Virus record (IMG/VR): IMGVR_UViG_3300022589_000001
DNA length: 64,000 nt
From: a virus
Strand: one strand, 5' to 3'
This document shows, piece after piece, positions 22,101-33,800 of the stretch (positions are counted from its first letter, which is position 1; each line of letters starts with the position of its first letter). Below the pieces are notes generated by a model. That model was not told where the DNA came from. It was given only the letters and a program-made list of their open reading frames with translations, and did no database searches. Position numbers and translations under genes: made by a program.

Positions 22101-24738
22101 TGAATTTATTGGATACTCTCTTGTAACACCAGACCAAATTGAAGCAGTTTATGATTCTGAACAGAAATTCTTTGTTTTTGGTGTTAAGAAAGAGGGAGAC
22201 GAATATAATTTCGTTTATACAGACCAAGAGAAAGTAACTGACCCTGAGTATGCTTGCAAAACTCAGTCTACATTCTATGTTCCTCATAGATATCATTATT
22301 TGACTTCTAATGATGGAATGGGAAGTTACTTACTTGACCATTATGATAAGAAAACTCATAATCCTTACTATGTATTCGTGGATGGACCTACTCCAGTTCC
22401 TGATACTGTTAAGTTCTATGAGCCTAATAAATATTATTCCAAGAACCCTATCACTGGTGAATATGAAATCGTTCGTGAGCCAGACATGCCAGACACTAAT
22501 GAGACTCCATTGTATGATAAGAAGACTTATTACGTTATCGAAGATAAAGCTGGTGTTTATGAAAAGGGCGCTGAATGGAATGTATATGCGGGAGCCATCC
22601 CAGCGACCGTAACCTTAGGTACAAGAAAAGAAACCTATGACTTAGTTCAGTTGACAGGTTTTGCGAGAAACCTTAACACTATTCATGGTTTGATTTTGAA
22701 AATCAATCAACTCTTATTGACTGATGATAAACTTACCAGAGATAGAGCAACTGTACAAGGTGCTTTAAATACTTTGAATGACATTATCAATCGTTTTGAT
22801 AAGATGATTCCTCATCGCTTAATGATTGTTGATGAGTATGGCAGAGTACAAAGCACTGATTGGAATACACAACAGCTTACTTCAAGTAATGTTGAAAAAA
22901 CATCTGAAGCTACTTACCGTAAGGGTATTGGCGCAGATATCTATCCAAAAGCAGCAAATGTTGATGCAATGCAAGACCAGTGGATTACAATGCATGTTAG
23001 CGGAGAAATTGTTAACTCCAAAGGCAAGGCAGTAAATCCTTTGATTACTATTCATCACAACTTCCAGGCCGTTCAAGACCAGACTAAGTCTCTCTTAGAC
23101 TTGAACAATCCTGCGGTTGACCAGTTTAATATTTTCACTCCAATCGTGGATAAGATGGGTCATGTTGTTGGTACTAACACACATCCAATTAGATTGCCAT
23201 ATGGATTTAAATATTTCAAGACTAATGGTGAAAGTACTTCAGTAGCACAATTGAGTGTAACTGAAGATTCAGTTATTGCAGCAGCAGATAATACACAAGA
23301 TACATTTGGTATTTATACTGGCAATAAGTGGATTAGAATGGCAACCGATGCGGCTAATGACCGTATTACTATTGCGCATGAAATTCACACTCCAACTACA
23401 ACTGCTATTGCAGAAGTAACTGATTTAGATAATAGTCAGACCTTCACAATGCAGGATATGCAGTTTGATGCAGCTGGTCATATTACTCATAATCAGACAC
23501 ATACTTATAGATTGCCAGATGGATTTAAGTTCTTAACAATTGGAAATGCCAGCTCTGTAGTAACCGATGGAATATCTGCCGCAGGTACGATTGAAGCAAA
23601 TAATCATGTTGCAACATTTACTATTATCCCTGGTAATAGATGGATTACAATGAAAGCTGATGCTGAAAGTGATACTCTCACTATTGGTCATGCATTTGCG
23701 GGTACAACTTCTCAACATGATAATCAAGCTGACAATCAAACTCCAGATTTTGGAGCGACATTTAATATTCCTTATAATGGATATGACCAGGCAGGACATT
23801 TAAGTTCCTTTGGAACTAAGACAGTGAAGATTCCTTTGCCTTCTTTGAATACCGCTACTGGAGATGTTGTAACTGGTTTGGTACTTGAAGATGCAGCTAA
23901 AGGCAAGTTCACAATGACCAAAGCCAATGTTGGAACTTTAACAATTTCTGACTTTACTCTTGGTAGTGACAGTGCAGTAATTGGTGCCAATGATACAATT
24001 AATCAGGCCTTTGCAAAACTTCAAGTTCAGATGAATAAAGAAGTTAAAGCTCGTGAAGATGCTATTACTAAAGAAGTTGAAGATAGAAATACTGCTATCA
24101 CAAACGCAGTAAATGCACTTGATGTAGATGATACTCCTGATGATAGTAAATATGTATCTGGTGTAAAAGAAGTTGATGGTAAAATTGAAGTTACAAGAGC
24201 AGACTTACCAACTAATGAAGCTGCTTCAGCAGAAACTAAGGAAGGTAAGTATGTATCAGATGTAACTCAAGACAAGGGTAAAATTACAGTTCATAGAGAA
24301 GCTCTTCCAAGCTATTCTGATGATACTGTTACTGATGATGATGGCAAATATGTTCATTCCGTAAAGCAAACCAATGGTAAGATTGAAGTTGAACGCAAAG
24401 AGCTTCCTACTTATACTCTTACTCCTGGTGAAGAAAACGGTACTGTTAAGTTGAATGAAGAAGAGGTTAAGGTAACTGGCCTTGGAACTGCAGCTTATAA
24501 GAATGAAGAAGATTTTGCGGCATCTGATATTATGGAAACCAGCACTTTTGAGTATGCAATTCCTGAAACCACTGAAGAAGAAACTCCAGAGGGTGAAGAT
24601 GCAACTATGAAGACAATCGAATGGTTGTTTAAGAAAGTGGCTGAGTTAGAAGCTAAAATTGTTGAATTGGAAGCTTTCCACACTGAAGTACCAGAAGACA
24701 ATACCAATGGAGAAAGCGGCGAGAATCCTCCAGCATAA
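19189..24738 (+). CDS. Giant tail fibre/appendage protein of 1849 aa. It has internal repeats of about 110 aa, three tandem 33-aa repeats and a C-terminal coiled coil.
   Basis: A long ORF with the RBS ggaaaggagtaatgatat upstream. Repeats of the THPIRLPYGFKYFKTNGES/THTYRLPDGFKFLTIGNAS type are present. KYV(S/H)xVKxxxGKIEVxRxxLPT occurs three times. The C-terminus ends in KKVAELEAKIVELEA. Confidence 0.8.
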   Translation: MGFYGNITNTSKTTFQFDKTYANRNQMQMNAGNDGVYPGRFVLVDYDTTINNDYFYKPDPTDPTSQCWMYDGQVYTGAPKSMDINGTVVYTAAPEAPTKITASAGFSKGRCVAVPVGQRISNISQNSIYYRITGKTETGYQAMKVTQTEYEAFMKRYEEDNEDAVTYYPVTLFDFEYEPNVYYTTADGVVFEKATGQWVETQTYYERVISQDLFIYIIGNSASDAVLNSTWVTSEELEVNNIYHVKKGHSYNINSKYVEYWVLTKETDELAWSAAADDASTYTLNASIDRLVYGSGRGYDSTVWQKVIRNGRDTYVMIAELNSVVPTFDIAADAPTTVPLVPHFDKDSTNVYYKLHVQPGWAIRTKAQRNDLQGPAIDRTGAMGGQHSLTIDEIYYPSDQLTSWNSKLYNSANGTEKTVYYNPNTGTWDATESPEDQTFGAAIYYNKAGFNPSLISKSADLIAEGKPSFNEIVAKSGWTPEDRIELKPTGLSGKRYDTHNASVDDQMQVDTQEFSIMLPSLGDAVSRMWDMVFGGRETNDIIRQTSVRNEDIKWENARGGLNRNGLRMVSTQDGNAYNTAEAETLAGCINSVHDLMGMIITPESCITLGDNIDLLNMDRIYFVTPDPTLEIDPEDPWISDMVKKVAKYQNSYVRKYLTYEYTPVTDEIFDFKPTQPESEDFDISDYYVLENGVYRQATEADRGKTLYKKVIAETATFDPAGLTPFDGSKYFYQDFTSSGNMTDINSDIPEIWLKDYVRDEVYHPGHKYFTIDEENDLEERPLSGAYVQNTYYYKQNGSYLLDSALAPTLNRTYYKIDNNRVFDISNDKAGGYDGLYVPGKYYYLDPDTGEYRIDNEPEGKYFGNQKAGHFAIKQDSQESDKPLYIQETHYPPISYEEILEDGFDYDLYIYDDGEGVYKLYTEEIINPDLDYFLREIRLVPTTGHLVIEPTPLRLALYQEDTFYFKEYNDDGEFIGYSLVTPDQIEAVYDSEQKFFVFGVKKEGDEYNFVYTDQEKVTDPEYACKTQSTFYVPHRYHYLTSNDGMGSYLLDHYDKKTHNPYYVFVDGPTPVPDTVKFYEPNKYYSKNPITGEYEIVREPDMPDTNETPLYDKKTYYVIEDKAGVYEKGAEWNVYAGAIPATVTLGTRKETYDLVQLTGFARNLNTIHGLILKINQLLLTDDKLTRDRATVQGALNTLNDIINRFDKMIPHRLMIVDEYGRVQSTDWNTQQLTSSNVEKTSEATYRKGIGADIYPKAANVDAMQDQWITMHVSGEIVNSKGKAVNPLITIHHNFQAVQDQTKSLLDLNNPAVDQFNIFTPIVDKMGHVVGTNTHPIRLPYGFKYFKTNGESTSVAQLSVTEDSVIAAADNTQDTFGIYTGNKWIRMATDAANDRITIAHEIHTPTTTAIAEVTDLDNSQTFTMQDMQFDAAGHITHNQTHTYRLPDGFKFLTIGNASSVVTDGISAAGTIEANNHVATFTIIPGNRWITMKADAESDTLTIGHAFAGTTSQHDNQADNQTPDFGATFNIPYNGYDQAGHLSSFGTKTVKIPLPSLNTATGDVVTGLVLEDAAKGKFTMTKANVGTLTISDFTLGSDSAVIGANDTINQAFAKLQVQMNKEVKAREDAITKEVEDRNTAITNAVNALDVDDTPDDSKYVSGVKEVDGKIEVTRADLPTNEAASAETKEGKYVSDVTQDKGKITVHREALPSYSDDTVTDDDGKYVHSVKQTNGKIEVERKELPTYTLTPGEENGTVKLNEEEVKVTGLGTAAYKNEEDFAASDIMETSTFEYAIPETTEEETPEGEDATMKTIEWLFKKVAELEAKIVELEAFHTEVPEDNTNGESGENPPA
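24148..24417 (+). repeat. Three tandem 99-nt repeats encoding KYVSGVKEVDGKIEVTRADLPT-like units.
   Basis: The units start at about 24148, 24247 and 24346 and are visible in the translation. Confidence 0.7.
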
Positions 24739-24751
24739 TATATAAAAAGTT

Positions 24752-24786
24752 AGCCTGGCCTTAATAGGCCAGGTTAATTTAATTTA
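24752..24786 (+). terminator. Probable intrinsic terminator. Stem cctggcc/ggccagg, loop ttaata, then a U-rich tail (ttaatttaattt).
   Basis: The hairpin lies 14 nt after the stop of the 1849-aa gene. The U-tract is interrupted, so strength is moderate. Confidence 0.5.
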
Positions 24787-24844
24787 CTATCCTCAATTCT
24801 GAAATATTGATAGGAGGATACATAAGGTAAAGGAGGTAAATGTT

Positions 24845-25804
24845 TTGGCTTACGTACAGCAATTAGGTAATTACGTAAAGTTTTTAAGAGGTACTCCTAC
24901 CGCATGGGAAAGACTTGGCGCAAAAGATGCCGATACCTTGTATTTTATTTCTAAAGATGGAGAAGATAAAGGTAAATTATACCTTGGAGATAAGTTAATT
25001 GCAGATGGTGAAAATATTACTAAAATTGAAGATTTAGAAAATGTTTTCATTGAGTCTGGATTGCCTTCTAACTCTATCTTGGTTTATGACATAAATACTG
25101 AGGGATGGGTTCCTAAGACCCTTCAAGAGATTTTTGCTCTTGTTGTCAGCGTAATGACAGGTGCGACAGCAGAAGAGAATGGTACTTCTGGTCTTGTACC
25201 TAAACCTGAAAAAGGTCAGCAGAATCTCTACTTGCGCGGTGATGCTACATGGGCTAACCCAACCGCGGCAGTCGAGTTAGACATTCAAAAACTTAACACG
25301 GATTTAACAAATGCAACAGAGCAATTTGTTCAAGAGATTAAGACCTTAAGAGGTGGCTATCCTGACACTTCTACAATCCCTCAAATTGCGCAGTCCATTG
25401 TTAGTATTGAAGTTGCAAAGCTGGTAGCAAATGCTCCAGAGCAATTTGATACTTTCAAAGAAATTGCAGATTGGTTGCAAAAACACGATAATGTTGCAAC
25501 TGTAACTCAGTTAAACGATCGTGTTGAAAGAGTTGAATTAGCAGTTTTTGGTCCTACTGATGGCAGCGTGAATGGCCTCGTACAGGACATGTCTAATGTT
25601 AAAATCGCTTTGTATGGCGACAGTGAGAACGTTGGTATTATTGCCGATGTTACATCACTTATGTCTCGAGTTCCTTCAATGGAAGGCAAGATTGTAACAT
25701 TAGAAACAAAATACAACACAGTTTCTACCGAAATCGAAAACATTAAGGATATCCTCAAGTGGCGCGATTTGGTATGGAAAGATGATGAAAATATCACAGC
25801 TTAA
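24845..25804 (+). CDS. Structural protein of 319 aa with a probable TTG start.
   Basis: The ORF track starts at TTG 24845. A strong AGGAGG lies 8 nt upstream (24831..24836). The in-frame ATG at 24840 is in another frame and hits a stop immediately. Confidence 0.7.
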   Translation: MAYVQQLGNYVKFLRGTPTAWERLGAKDADTLYFISKDGEDKGKLYLGDKLIADGENITKIEDLENVFIESGLPSNSILVYDINTEGWVPKTLQEIFALVVSVMTGATAEENGTSGLVPKPEKGQQNLYLRGDATWANPTAAVELDIQKLNTDLTNATEQFVQEIKTLRGGYPDTSTIPQIAQSIVSIEVAKLVANAPEQFDTFKEIADWLQKHDNVATVTQLNDRVERVELAVFGPTDGSVNGLVQDMSNVKIALYGDSENVGIIADVTSLMSRVPSMEGKIVTLETKYNTVSTEIENIKDILKWRDLVWKDDENITA

Positions 25805-25829
25805 TAAAGATGGAAAGGAGTAAATAGCT

Positions 25830-27689
25830 ATGGCAGTTAATTCCAATGTTGGTTTTAAACTGGGTACCCAAGCCGCAGTTGACAACATTATTAAGAATAA
25901 TACCGCTGTGTCAATTGGTAGCTTTTACTTAACAAGTGACACACACCGCTTATACATTGGTGAATCTGACGGTCTCCATCCAGTTAATGAGGGTGTTATT
26001 ACTGTTGATACTATTAATGGTTTGCCTGATGTTTCAAGCAATCCTGGAGCCTATGCAGGTCGTTTTTACTACATCAAGAATGACAACATTCTTTGTGTAT
26101 TCAACGGTTCCATCTGGGCGCAAATTAACAGTGATACATATGTAAAGAAACATGAGTTTGTAGCAGTTAAGGTTGATGGTGAGGAAAATGTAATTGAGAT
26201 TGATGGAAAAATCTACAATTACACTGCTGGAAACGTCTCTCATACTTCTAATGCACCATTCCAAATTGAAGGTGCAAACGGAATTGTTGCAACTGTTTCT
26301 AAGTCTCAAAGAACTATTGGTCAAGAGACTATTGATGTTTATAAAATCACTTTAACTGGTGATACTTATACTATTGGTACTAAAGCTAATGGTAGCAATG
26401 CACAAATTAAATTAGATTCTACGAATGCAAAGAATAATTCTCTTGTAGAAATTGTTCCAGACATTCATGAAACTGAAGAAGAAACCAACGTAGTTCTTAC
26501 TGTTGATGAAGCTAATAAAAAGATTAAATTAGCAGTTAAGGATACTAAGAATAAGACTCTTGCAATTACTGATGAAGCTGAAGGCTTTAAAGTATCTTTA
26601 ACAGATACTTACAATAAGGTTTTATCTGCGGTTCTTAATCCTACCGTTGAATATGGTGTTGATGATAAAGACACTGCAACCTTTAAGAATGGTAAAGTTT
26701 CATTAGACGTATATTCCAAGTCTGAAATTCAGGATAAGTTAAGAGCTCTTAACGCAATGACTTATAGAGGTACTATTGGTAACGGTGGTAGCGCAGCTAC
26801 TCATATCGTAACAAGCGGCACCGCACCTAACTACACCTATAAGATTATGAATGGTACCACTGAAATTAAAGTATCTCTCGGTGATACCTTCATGGTTGTT
26901 GGTTCTGACTCTGTTTCCTTGAATAACAATGCTTCTTACTTATCTTCTGGTTCTCTCTTAATTGTTAGAGGTAATGCAGAAGGCACTGATGGTTATGTAA
27001 CAAGTCCTCAGTTTGACGTAGTTGAATCTACTGTTGACTGGGATACTACTTATCACTTTGAAGGTGTTCCTGCAAGTGATGTTACTAATGGTGGTGGCAT
27101 TCTTTTAAGAGATGACACCGCAAGTAAAACTATTCAAGGTAAGTTCATTGTAGAAGGCGGCACTCAGAGCGGCGGCGCAAAGATTGAAATTTCTCGTCAA
27201 ACTGATAAGCTTGCAACAAACGGCTACCAAGAGAAATTGACAGTAAAGCATGGTACAGTAGCAAGAACTAATACCAAGAATGTAGATGATAGTGGAGTTG
27301 CTCGTGGCGCAATCGAAATGACTCCTCAAGAAGGCAACTTCGGACAAGAGGTAACCATTCCTGTTGTTATTGGAGTTACTACTGACTCTACTGGTCACGT
27401 AACTGGTGTTAGAACTCAGGACTATACTATTGAAGATACAAACGCTAAAATGGGCAAGAACCAATATGATACCAGCATTTATACAAAGGCTGATGGTACT
27501 CACGTTGGTGTTATTAAATCTACCGTAGGTGTTAAGTCTCATTTGAATGCAACTAATGAACTGGCTGGTTCAATGACCCTTAACAGCCAATCCCTTGTAA
27601 TCTCTAACCAGGATGGCAATGGCGCCACTAATGGTGGTACAGCTGTTGCAGGACTCCAAATTGAGATGGTGTGGGGCGAATTTAAATAA
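25830..27689 (+). CDS. Structural (tail/baseplate/fibre) protein of 619 aa.
   Basis: The ORF has the RBS gaaaggagtaaatagctATG upstream. Its Thr/Gly/Val-rich composition is like beta-rich fibre proteins. Confidence 0.75.
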   Translation: MAVNSNVGFKLGTQAAVDNIIKNNTAVSIGSFYLTSDTHRLYIGESDGLHPVNEGVITVDTINGLPDVSSNPGAYAGRFYYIKNDNILCVFNGSIWAQINSDTYVKKHEFVAVKVDGEENVIEIDGKIYNYTAGNVSHTSNAPFQIEGANGIVATVSKSQRTIGQETIDVYKITLTGDTYTIGTKANGSNAQIKLDSTNAKNNSLVEIVPDIHETEEETNVVLTVDEANKKIKLAVKDTKNKTLAITDEAEGFKVSLTDTYNKVLSAVLNPTVEYGVDDKDTATFKNGKVSLDVYSKSEIQDKLRALNAMTYRGTIGNGGSAATHIVTSGTAPNYTYKIMNGTTEIKVSLGDTFMVVGSDSVSLNNNASYLSSGSLLIVRGNAEGTDGYVTSPQFDVVESTVDWDTTYHFEGVPASDVTNGGGILLRDDTASKTIQGKFIVEGGTQSGGAKIEISRQTDKLATNGYQEKLTVKHGTVARTNTKNVDDSGVARGAIEMTPQEGNFGQEVTIPVVIGVTTDSTGHVTGVRTQDYTIEDTNAKMGKNQYDTSIYTKADGTHVGVIKSTVGVKSHLNATNELAGSMTLNSQSLVISNQDGNGATNGGTAVAGLQIEMVWGEFK

Positions 27690-27729
27690 TTATTAAGTCT
27701 TAATTTTTATTTATTTTAGAGAGTTATGG

Positions 27730-27773
27730 AGCGGGAGAGAAGTTTTCTGCTTCTCTCCCGCTTTTCTTATTTT
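27730..27773 (+). terminator. Strong rho-independent terminator. It has a 13-bp perfect stem (agcgggagagaag/cttctctcccgct), loop ttttctg, and a U-tract (tttcttatttt).
   Basis: Read directly from the sequence. Confidence 0.85.
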
Positions 27774-27806
27774 AGTATATAAAGATAGAAAGGAGATAAA
27801 ACCGTA

Positions 27807-30800
27807 ATGACAGATAAGACAAAGTTTAGACCGGTCACCGGTCTTGATGAGTCCATCCAGAATGCGCCTAAAAATCCTGGTTGGGTATACTTCGCATCTG
27901 ATACGGGGAAAATTTACTTCGATCTTGACGTAGATACAAGAGTAGCCATGGGCGGAAGTGGTGTTTCATTACTTTATGGTGAAGCTGGTACCATTGACCC
28001 TGATGAATACTCCCTCTATCATTTAAGTTTTGATGACCTTGAGGAAGAAGTAGTTCCAAAAGAAGGAGATTTAATTCTTAATCAAGATGGAATTTTTTAC
28101 CGCGTACAAGAGGTTAATTCTGTAGAAAAGACAATCGCTTGTACTATTATGTCTGTTAGTGGCGGCGGTGGTGGAGGCGGCGGCTCTAATTTTGCCAAGA
28201 AGATTGGTATTACAATGAAGAGCTTAGCAACTTCTAACTTACTGAATGGCCAGACTTGTGAGATTTTCTTCACAGCAAACTCTGGTATTGACGTTGATGG
28301 TTCTATTATGGATGATAGACTTACTGTTAGCTGGACTTTGGCAGAAAGAATTGGTTCTGCGACTTCCGAGTATGCTAATGGTATTATCGACGTAGCAACT
28401 GGCGTAGAAGCTTCCTTCGAATTTGGTACTCGTTTACGTCAGAATGCGACATCTATTTTGACAATGTGGACACAGGGTACTAACTCTGGTGAGTCTACTA
28501 AGAAATCTGTAACTGTTCAGACTTCTGAATTGACTTTGTCCCCAAGCGCAAACTTCTCAGCTTTAACACGTTACACTCCAGACAAGGTTCTTTTACAATG
28601 TAATGCTGTTGGTTCAATGGATAAGGTGCTTGATTTCTATTTTGATGGAAATCTTATTCAGAGTAGAGTATTAACCGCTCAATCTGAAAACTTCCAAAGC
28701 TATCAGGTAGATAAAGAGATTGCTACTCATGGTAATCATACTTGTCGTATTGAGTTATATCAAGGTATTAGAACCGGTAATGTGGTAGATAGAGGCTTGG
28801 CAGTTCCTGCTCTTGAATTCGAAATTGGTGTATTCGAAGTTGGAAATACAACCCCTGTTATTTGGTTAGGCGACTACCAAGAGACATATTATAACTATGA
28901 CAATATTCAGATTCCTTTCTTAGCTTATGACCCATCAAATTCTAATCAGATTACTGTAAACTTGAAAAAGAATGGTATTGAATTACCTGGTTCTCCTCGT
29001 ACAATTGATACCACAAAGATGGATAAATGGAACTTGTTTGAAATCACTGATGCAGAGATGGAAAAACAGAACAGATATTCTATTAGTTGCGGTGATGTTG
29101 AAAGAACTATTGTTTTTGAGGTTATTCAAGACCCAACAAGAACAATGGAATATGTAAAACAAGAATCTTTATTCTTGAAGTTCGACGCTAAGGGACGTTC
29201 CAATAGTGAATCTGTTGTAAATAGACAGAATTGGGAAACCGAGGATGGCGCAATTAAGGCTGAATTCAAAGACTTTAACTGGTATAATAACGGTTGGGTT
29301 CTTGACGAAGATAATCAGACCTGTTTAAGAATTTCAAATGGCGCTGAGTTCTCATTGCCTATTGGTCAGATGACTTTTAACGATTCTACCATTGGTAGAG
29401 ATTCTAACTCTATTGAAATTCAATTTAAAGTTAGAAATGTCCAAGACTACTCTAACTTGATTAAAAACGTTACTCGTTATAGCGGTGACGAAAACTTCTA
29501 TAATGCGTTTATGGCACAGGATACATATGATAACTACGATGCATTCTTGCAGTACTGGTTGCCAATTTATCCAATCGAGAAAGAAGAAGACCGTGTAAAA
29601 TACGATGATTTGGAATTCTCTCGTGTTCAGAAGAACATTACTCTTGAAAAAGCTGTATGTAAGTATTACTCTGGCGATAATGCTGGTGCTACTGGTTTGT
29701 GTTTAGGCCCTCAGGACGCTTTCTTCTCCAATGGTACTGATACAGTTTCTGTAGACTACGTTGAAGGTAAAATGGTTTACTTAACAATGGTATTCTCCAA
29801 GAGCTCTCAGTTAATGTATATCTACATTAATGGTGTTATTACTGGTGTTATTAAAGCATCTTCTGCAGACGCGTTTACCATTGAGAGTGACAAGTTAATC
29901 TTCAACTCTAACTATTGCGACATTGACCTTTACAAGATTCGTATTTATAATACTGACTTGAATGTTAATGACGTTGTAACTAACCACTCTGTAGATAAAA
30001 AAGATGTTCTTATTTATGACCAGAACAAACTTGCAGTTGAAAATGAGTCTATCAATGAGTTCCAGTTTAAGTTTGAAGAAATGATTAAGTATAATGAAGC
30101 CCATCCTGATGCTCCATTGATGCCATATATTGTTTACTCTACTGAGTTAACTGGTGACGACAGACTTCCTTGGTCTAAGAAGACTGAAATCGCTGCAAAA
30201 ATTGAGTTCGTTAATACTGGTTTGGACGCAGCTTTTGCATCCGGCGAACTTTTAGATTTGGCTATTAAAGATGGCCTCTGCGCAGCTACTTCTGATGCAG
30301 CAACAAAAGAAGCTGCTGTTAAGACTTATTATAAACACCACTGCCCATCTTGGACTGGTGATTATTGCGAATTGGTAGTTCAGGGTACTTCTTCTGAGTT
30401 CTATCCAAGACGTAATTATAAGATTAAATTAAAAACCGATTATCATCCAAACGCAAACGAAAAGAAACTTTATCATATCTTACTGAATAAAGGACCTTTC
30501 GCTCAAGATTATCTTGACGACCAGGCTAAGCTTGCCGCAGGCGAGATTCAATATGGTAAAGAAAGTACTCGTCAAAAAGGATGGTACATGGATAACTATA
30601 CAAACGCAACTGACAGATGGACCATGAAAGTTGACTACATGGAGTCTTCTGGTTCTTACAATGCAGGTTTTGCTTCTCTCGTAGGTACTGCATATAGTAA
30701 GCATCCTCTCCAAGACTACATTAAAGCGGGCGCTTTCGCAGGTACAGATTCTATGATTACTGACGTAATTCCAGGTAATTCTGATATTCGTTGGGATGAT

Positions 30801-33800
30801 TATAGAACATCTTTGAAGGGCTTCCCTGTTCTTGCTTTCCACAAGAAATCTGATGGTTCTTACCTCTATGTAGGTATGTATCGTATGCTCTTGGATAAGG
30901 GCTCTGATGATGTTCTTGGTTTCAATCTTCCTGAGGAAGTTACTGGTAACTTCTTAGGCGGAGAAGAAATGAGCAAGATGGCTGAATGTTGGGAATTCTG
31001 TAACAACGCACGTGGATTCTGTTCTTACAGAGACCCATGGAATCGTGTTGAGTTGAGTTTTAGAGCTCCTAAGGGAGAATCCAACGAATTCACTTCTGCT
31101 GGTGCTCCTATCATTACAGATAACATTGAGTATCGTTATAATACTAATGAGGATTACATCGACATTCTTTTGAACTTGATTGATAAAGATGGTAAAGTTG
31201 CAGTAACTCCTGAGAACAACGCAAAGATTAAAGCTGAATTCGGTGATGAATACGACGTTATTGCTGACCCAGATAAGGGTCGTGAATTGATTTATAAGTT
31301 CTATAAGAACTGGGAAGACGTAAATAAGTGGGTATGGTCTACTAATACAGAAAACGTAGTAGCAGAAGGTTCTTACCAAATTGCTCCTGTCGGTGATGTT
31401 CAGTATGCCCCAGGTACTTACTATGTTTATGATGAAGAGCAGAATGCTTACGTTAAAGAAGCAGATGATTCCGTATGGGATAGAAATACTGACTACTTTG
31501 AACAGCATGAAGATGAAAACGACGAGGGCGAAACTGTAATTTCTTACGCAAAAGTTTTCGCAACAACTGGTATTTATCTCTGGTCTGAAACTACTTCCCC
31601 TGGTATGTTCTATTCTGAAAATGATGGAGCTTATACCACAATCAATAGCAAGACTTTCGATTCTGAGATTGATTACTATGAACTCGTTATTGACGAGTCA
31701 TATAAAGATAACGCAGACAGACTCGTAGAAATCTGCAATGATGAAGCATATGATGCTTCTAAAGAATACTATACTTACGATGGTAGCGTTAAGGTAGGTA
31801 CTCGCGCGACAGTTAAAGTAGATGCGGCAACCGCTGAAGCGAACTATGCGCCTGGTAAATACTACGTTCCTAAGAAAGTAAAATATGGTATTCGTGAGTA
31901 CGAGTATGATACTCAGGAATATCGTGCAGCTAAATTCGTTAATGAATTAACTGACCACTTTGACCCTGAATATCTTGCAACTTACTTCATTATGACTGAA
32001 GTTTTTGAGTGTTACGACTCTCGTGGTAAGAACTGTATGATGGCTTCTTGGGGTCCTCTCAAAGAAGGTGGAAATTACATTTGGTATCCTATCTTCTACG
32101 ATATTGATACTCAGTTAGGTATTAACAATACTGGTATTCCTTCTTTCGAATACAATGTTGACGCTACTGAAGCTGGTAACTACTCTACATCAGACAGCTT
32201 ACTTTGGAATAACTTCTATAAGTATTTCAAGAACTCTTACATTTTGATGAAGTATAAGCATTTGAGAGGTACAACAGTAGGTGTTGACTGGACCAAGTTA
32301 AAGCAACCTACTTTGGAAAAGATTGAGAATATCGAATCTTGGTACAAGTTCGAAGAGTCTGCAACAGGTTCTTTAATGGCTCGTGGCGTAAGACCTCTTA
32401 TCGCAACTAACCTTGATATGTGGTGGAAGTATATTACTATTACCAATAACAAGGGTACTAAGGATGGTTTAACTGGATGGCTGAACAGAGATGGTCAGTA
32501 CATTACAGACACCAACGGAACTTACTTCTACGCTTTGCAGGGTGACCGCTCACTCTCAAGACAGCAGTTCTTAACAAACCGTATCGAGTATATTGACTCT
32601 TGGTTGAACCAAGGTAACTACCAACGTGGTGGTTCAAATAATATTCGTGGTCGTGTGGCTGCTAATAACCCTACAAAGACTTCTGACGTATGGGTAAATA
32701 GTGTAGATACTCCTTACTACAATGAAAATGGTAGCAAGAGATATCCATTCGATGCTCAATATTGGATTGACTTAAAACCAATCCGAAGTTCTTATGTAAC
32801 AGTATCTGACGATGCTGAAGCATATCCATCACAGAAATATGATGGTATTAACCCTGTTAAGTTTGAAATTACTGCTATCCAAAACGGTGTTATGAACAGT
32901 GCTAACTACCCTGAGCAGTTGCTCTATGTTTATGGTATGAATAAGATGGCAGACCTCGGTGAAATGCATAATCTCTACTGGCAGGAGTTCGACTTAACCG
33001 GTGACGCAACTCACTTGACAACCTTAAAGCTTGGTTATGACGGCGTTGAAATTGACCCAGATACTGGCGAAGAAATCACCTGGAGAAATGATAAGATTAA
33101 CCAGCCTTCTATCCCTGGTAGTAAGGAAGATACTTTCGGTGGTATGCCACTCTTGAAAGAGGTTAACTTGTGTAATTTACAGGTTTCTACTGGTTCTCCT
33201 ACACTTGACTTTAGTTCTTGTGAAAAGCTCCAGAACTTCCGTGCAACTGGTTCTAACTTCGTAGCATTTAACTTCGCTGAAGGTGTTGCTCTTCATACTT
33301 TATACTTGCCTTCTTCTCTCACTCGTCTTGAGTTGACTGAAGCTAACTTGCTTACTAACTTAATTACTGAATACGAGGCTCCTAAGAGAGATACTCTTGG
33401 TAACTTAGTAGCAAAGAGAGGCCTTTACCTCGAAGGTATGTTTGAAGAGAATGCAACTGTAATCAATACTTTGAATTTCCGTGGCGGTAGCTTAGGCTAC
33501 GACGGATATAAGTTGTTGAATAAATATTTTGAAATTAGAAATGCTCAAAGCACAACTTCTAAGATTCAAATGACTAATGTAAACTGGTGTCCATATGTAC
33601 AATTAGTTGAAGGTGATGAATACGACCCAACAGCTAAGTACTATAAAGATGATGGTCACTATGGTTTTGTCGAGTACGAATATGATGAGCATAAGTTTGA
33701 GACTGACATCTTGAATGGCGAACTCTATAGAAAAGACACAACCATTACAGATGATGATATCAATCAGATTAGCAGTATCAATATGTTAAAGACATTCATT

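Noticed and set aside
28161-28184. Poly-glycine coding tract as a possible phase-variable homopolymer
   Set aside because: The codons are mixed (GGC/GGT/GGA), not a mononucleotide or simple SSR run. It is a flexible hinge, not a slippage switch.
30954-31508. 184-aa minus-strand ORF and other antisense ORFs inside the 2487-aa gene
   Set aside because: They are embedded antisense to a strongly supported gene. Their sequences are hydrophobic and low-complexity, and they have no RBS.
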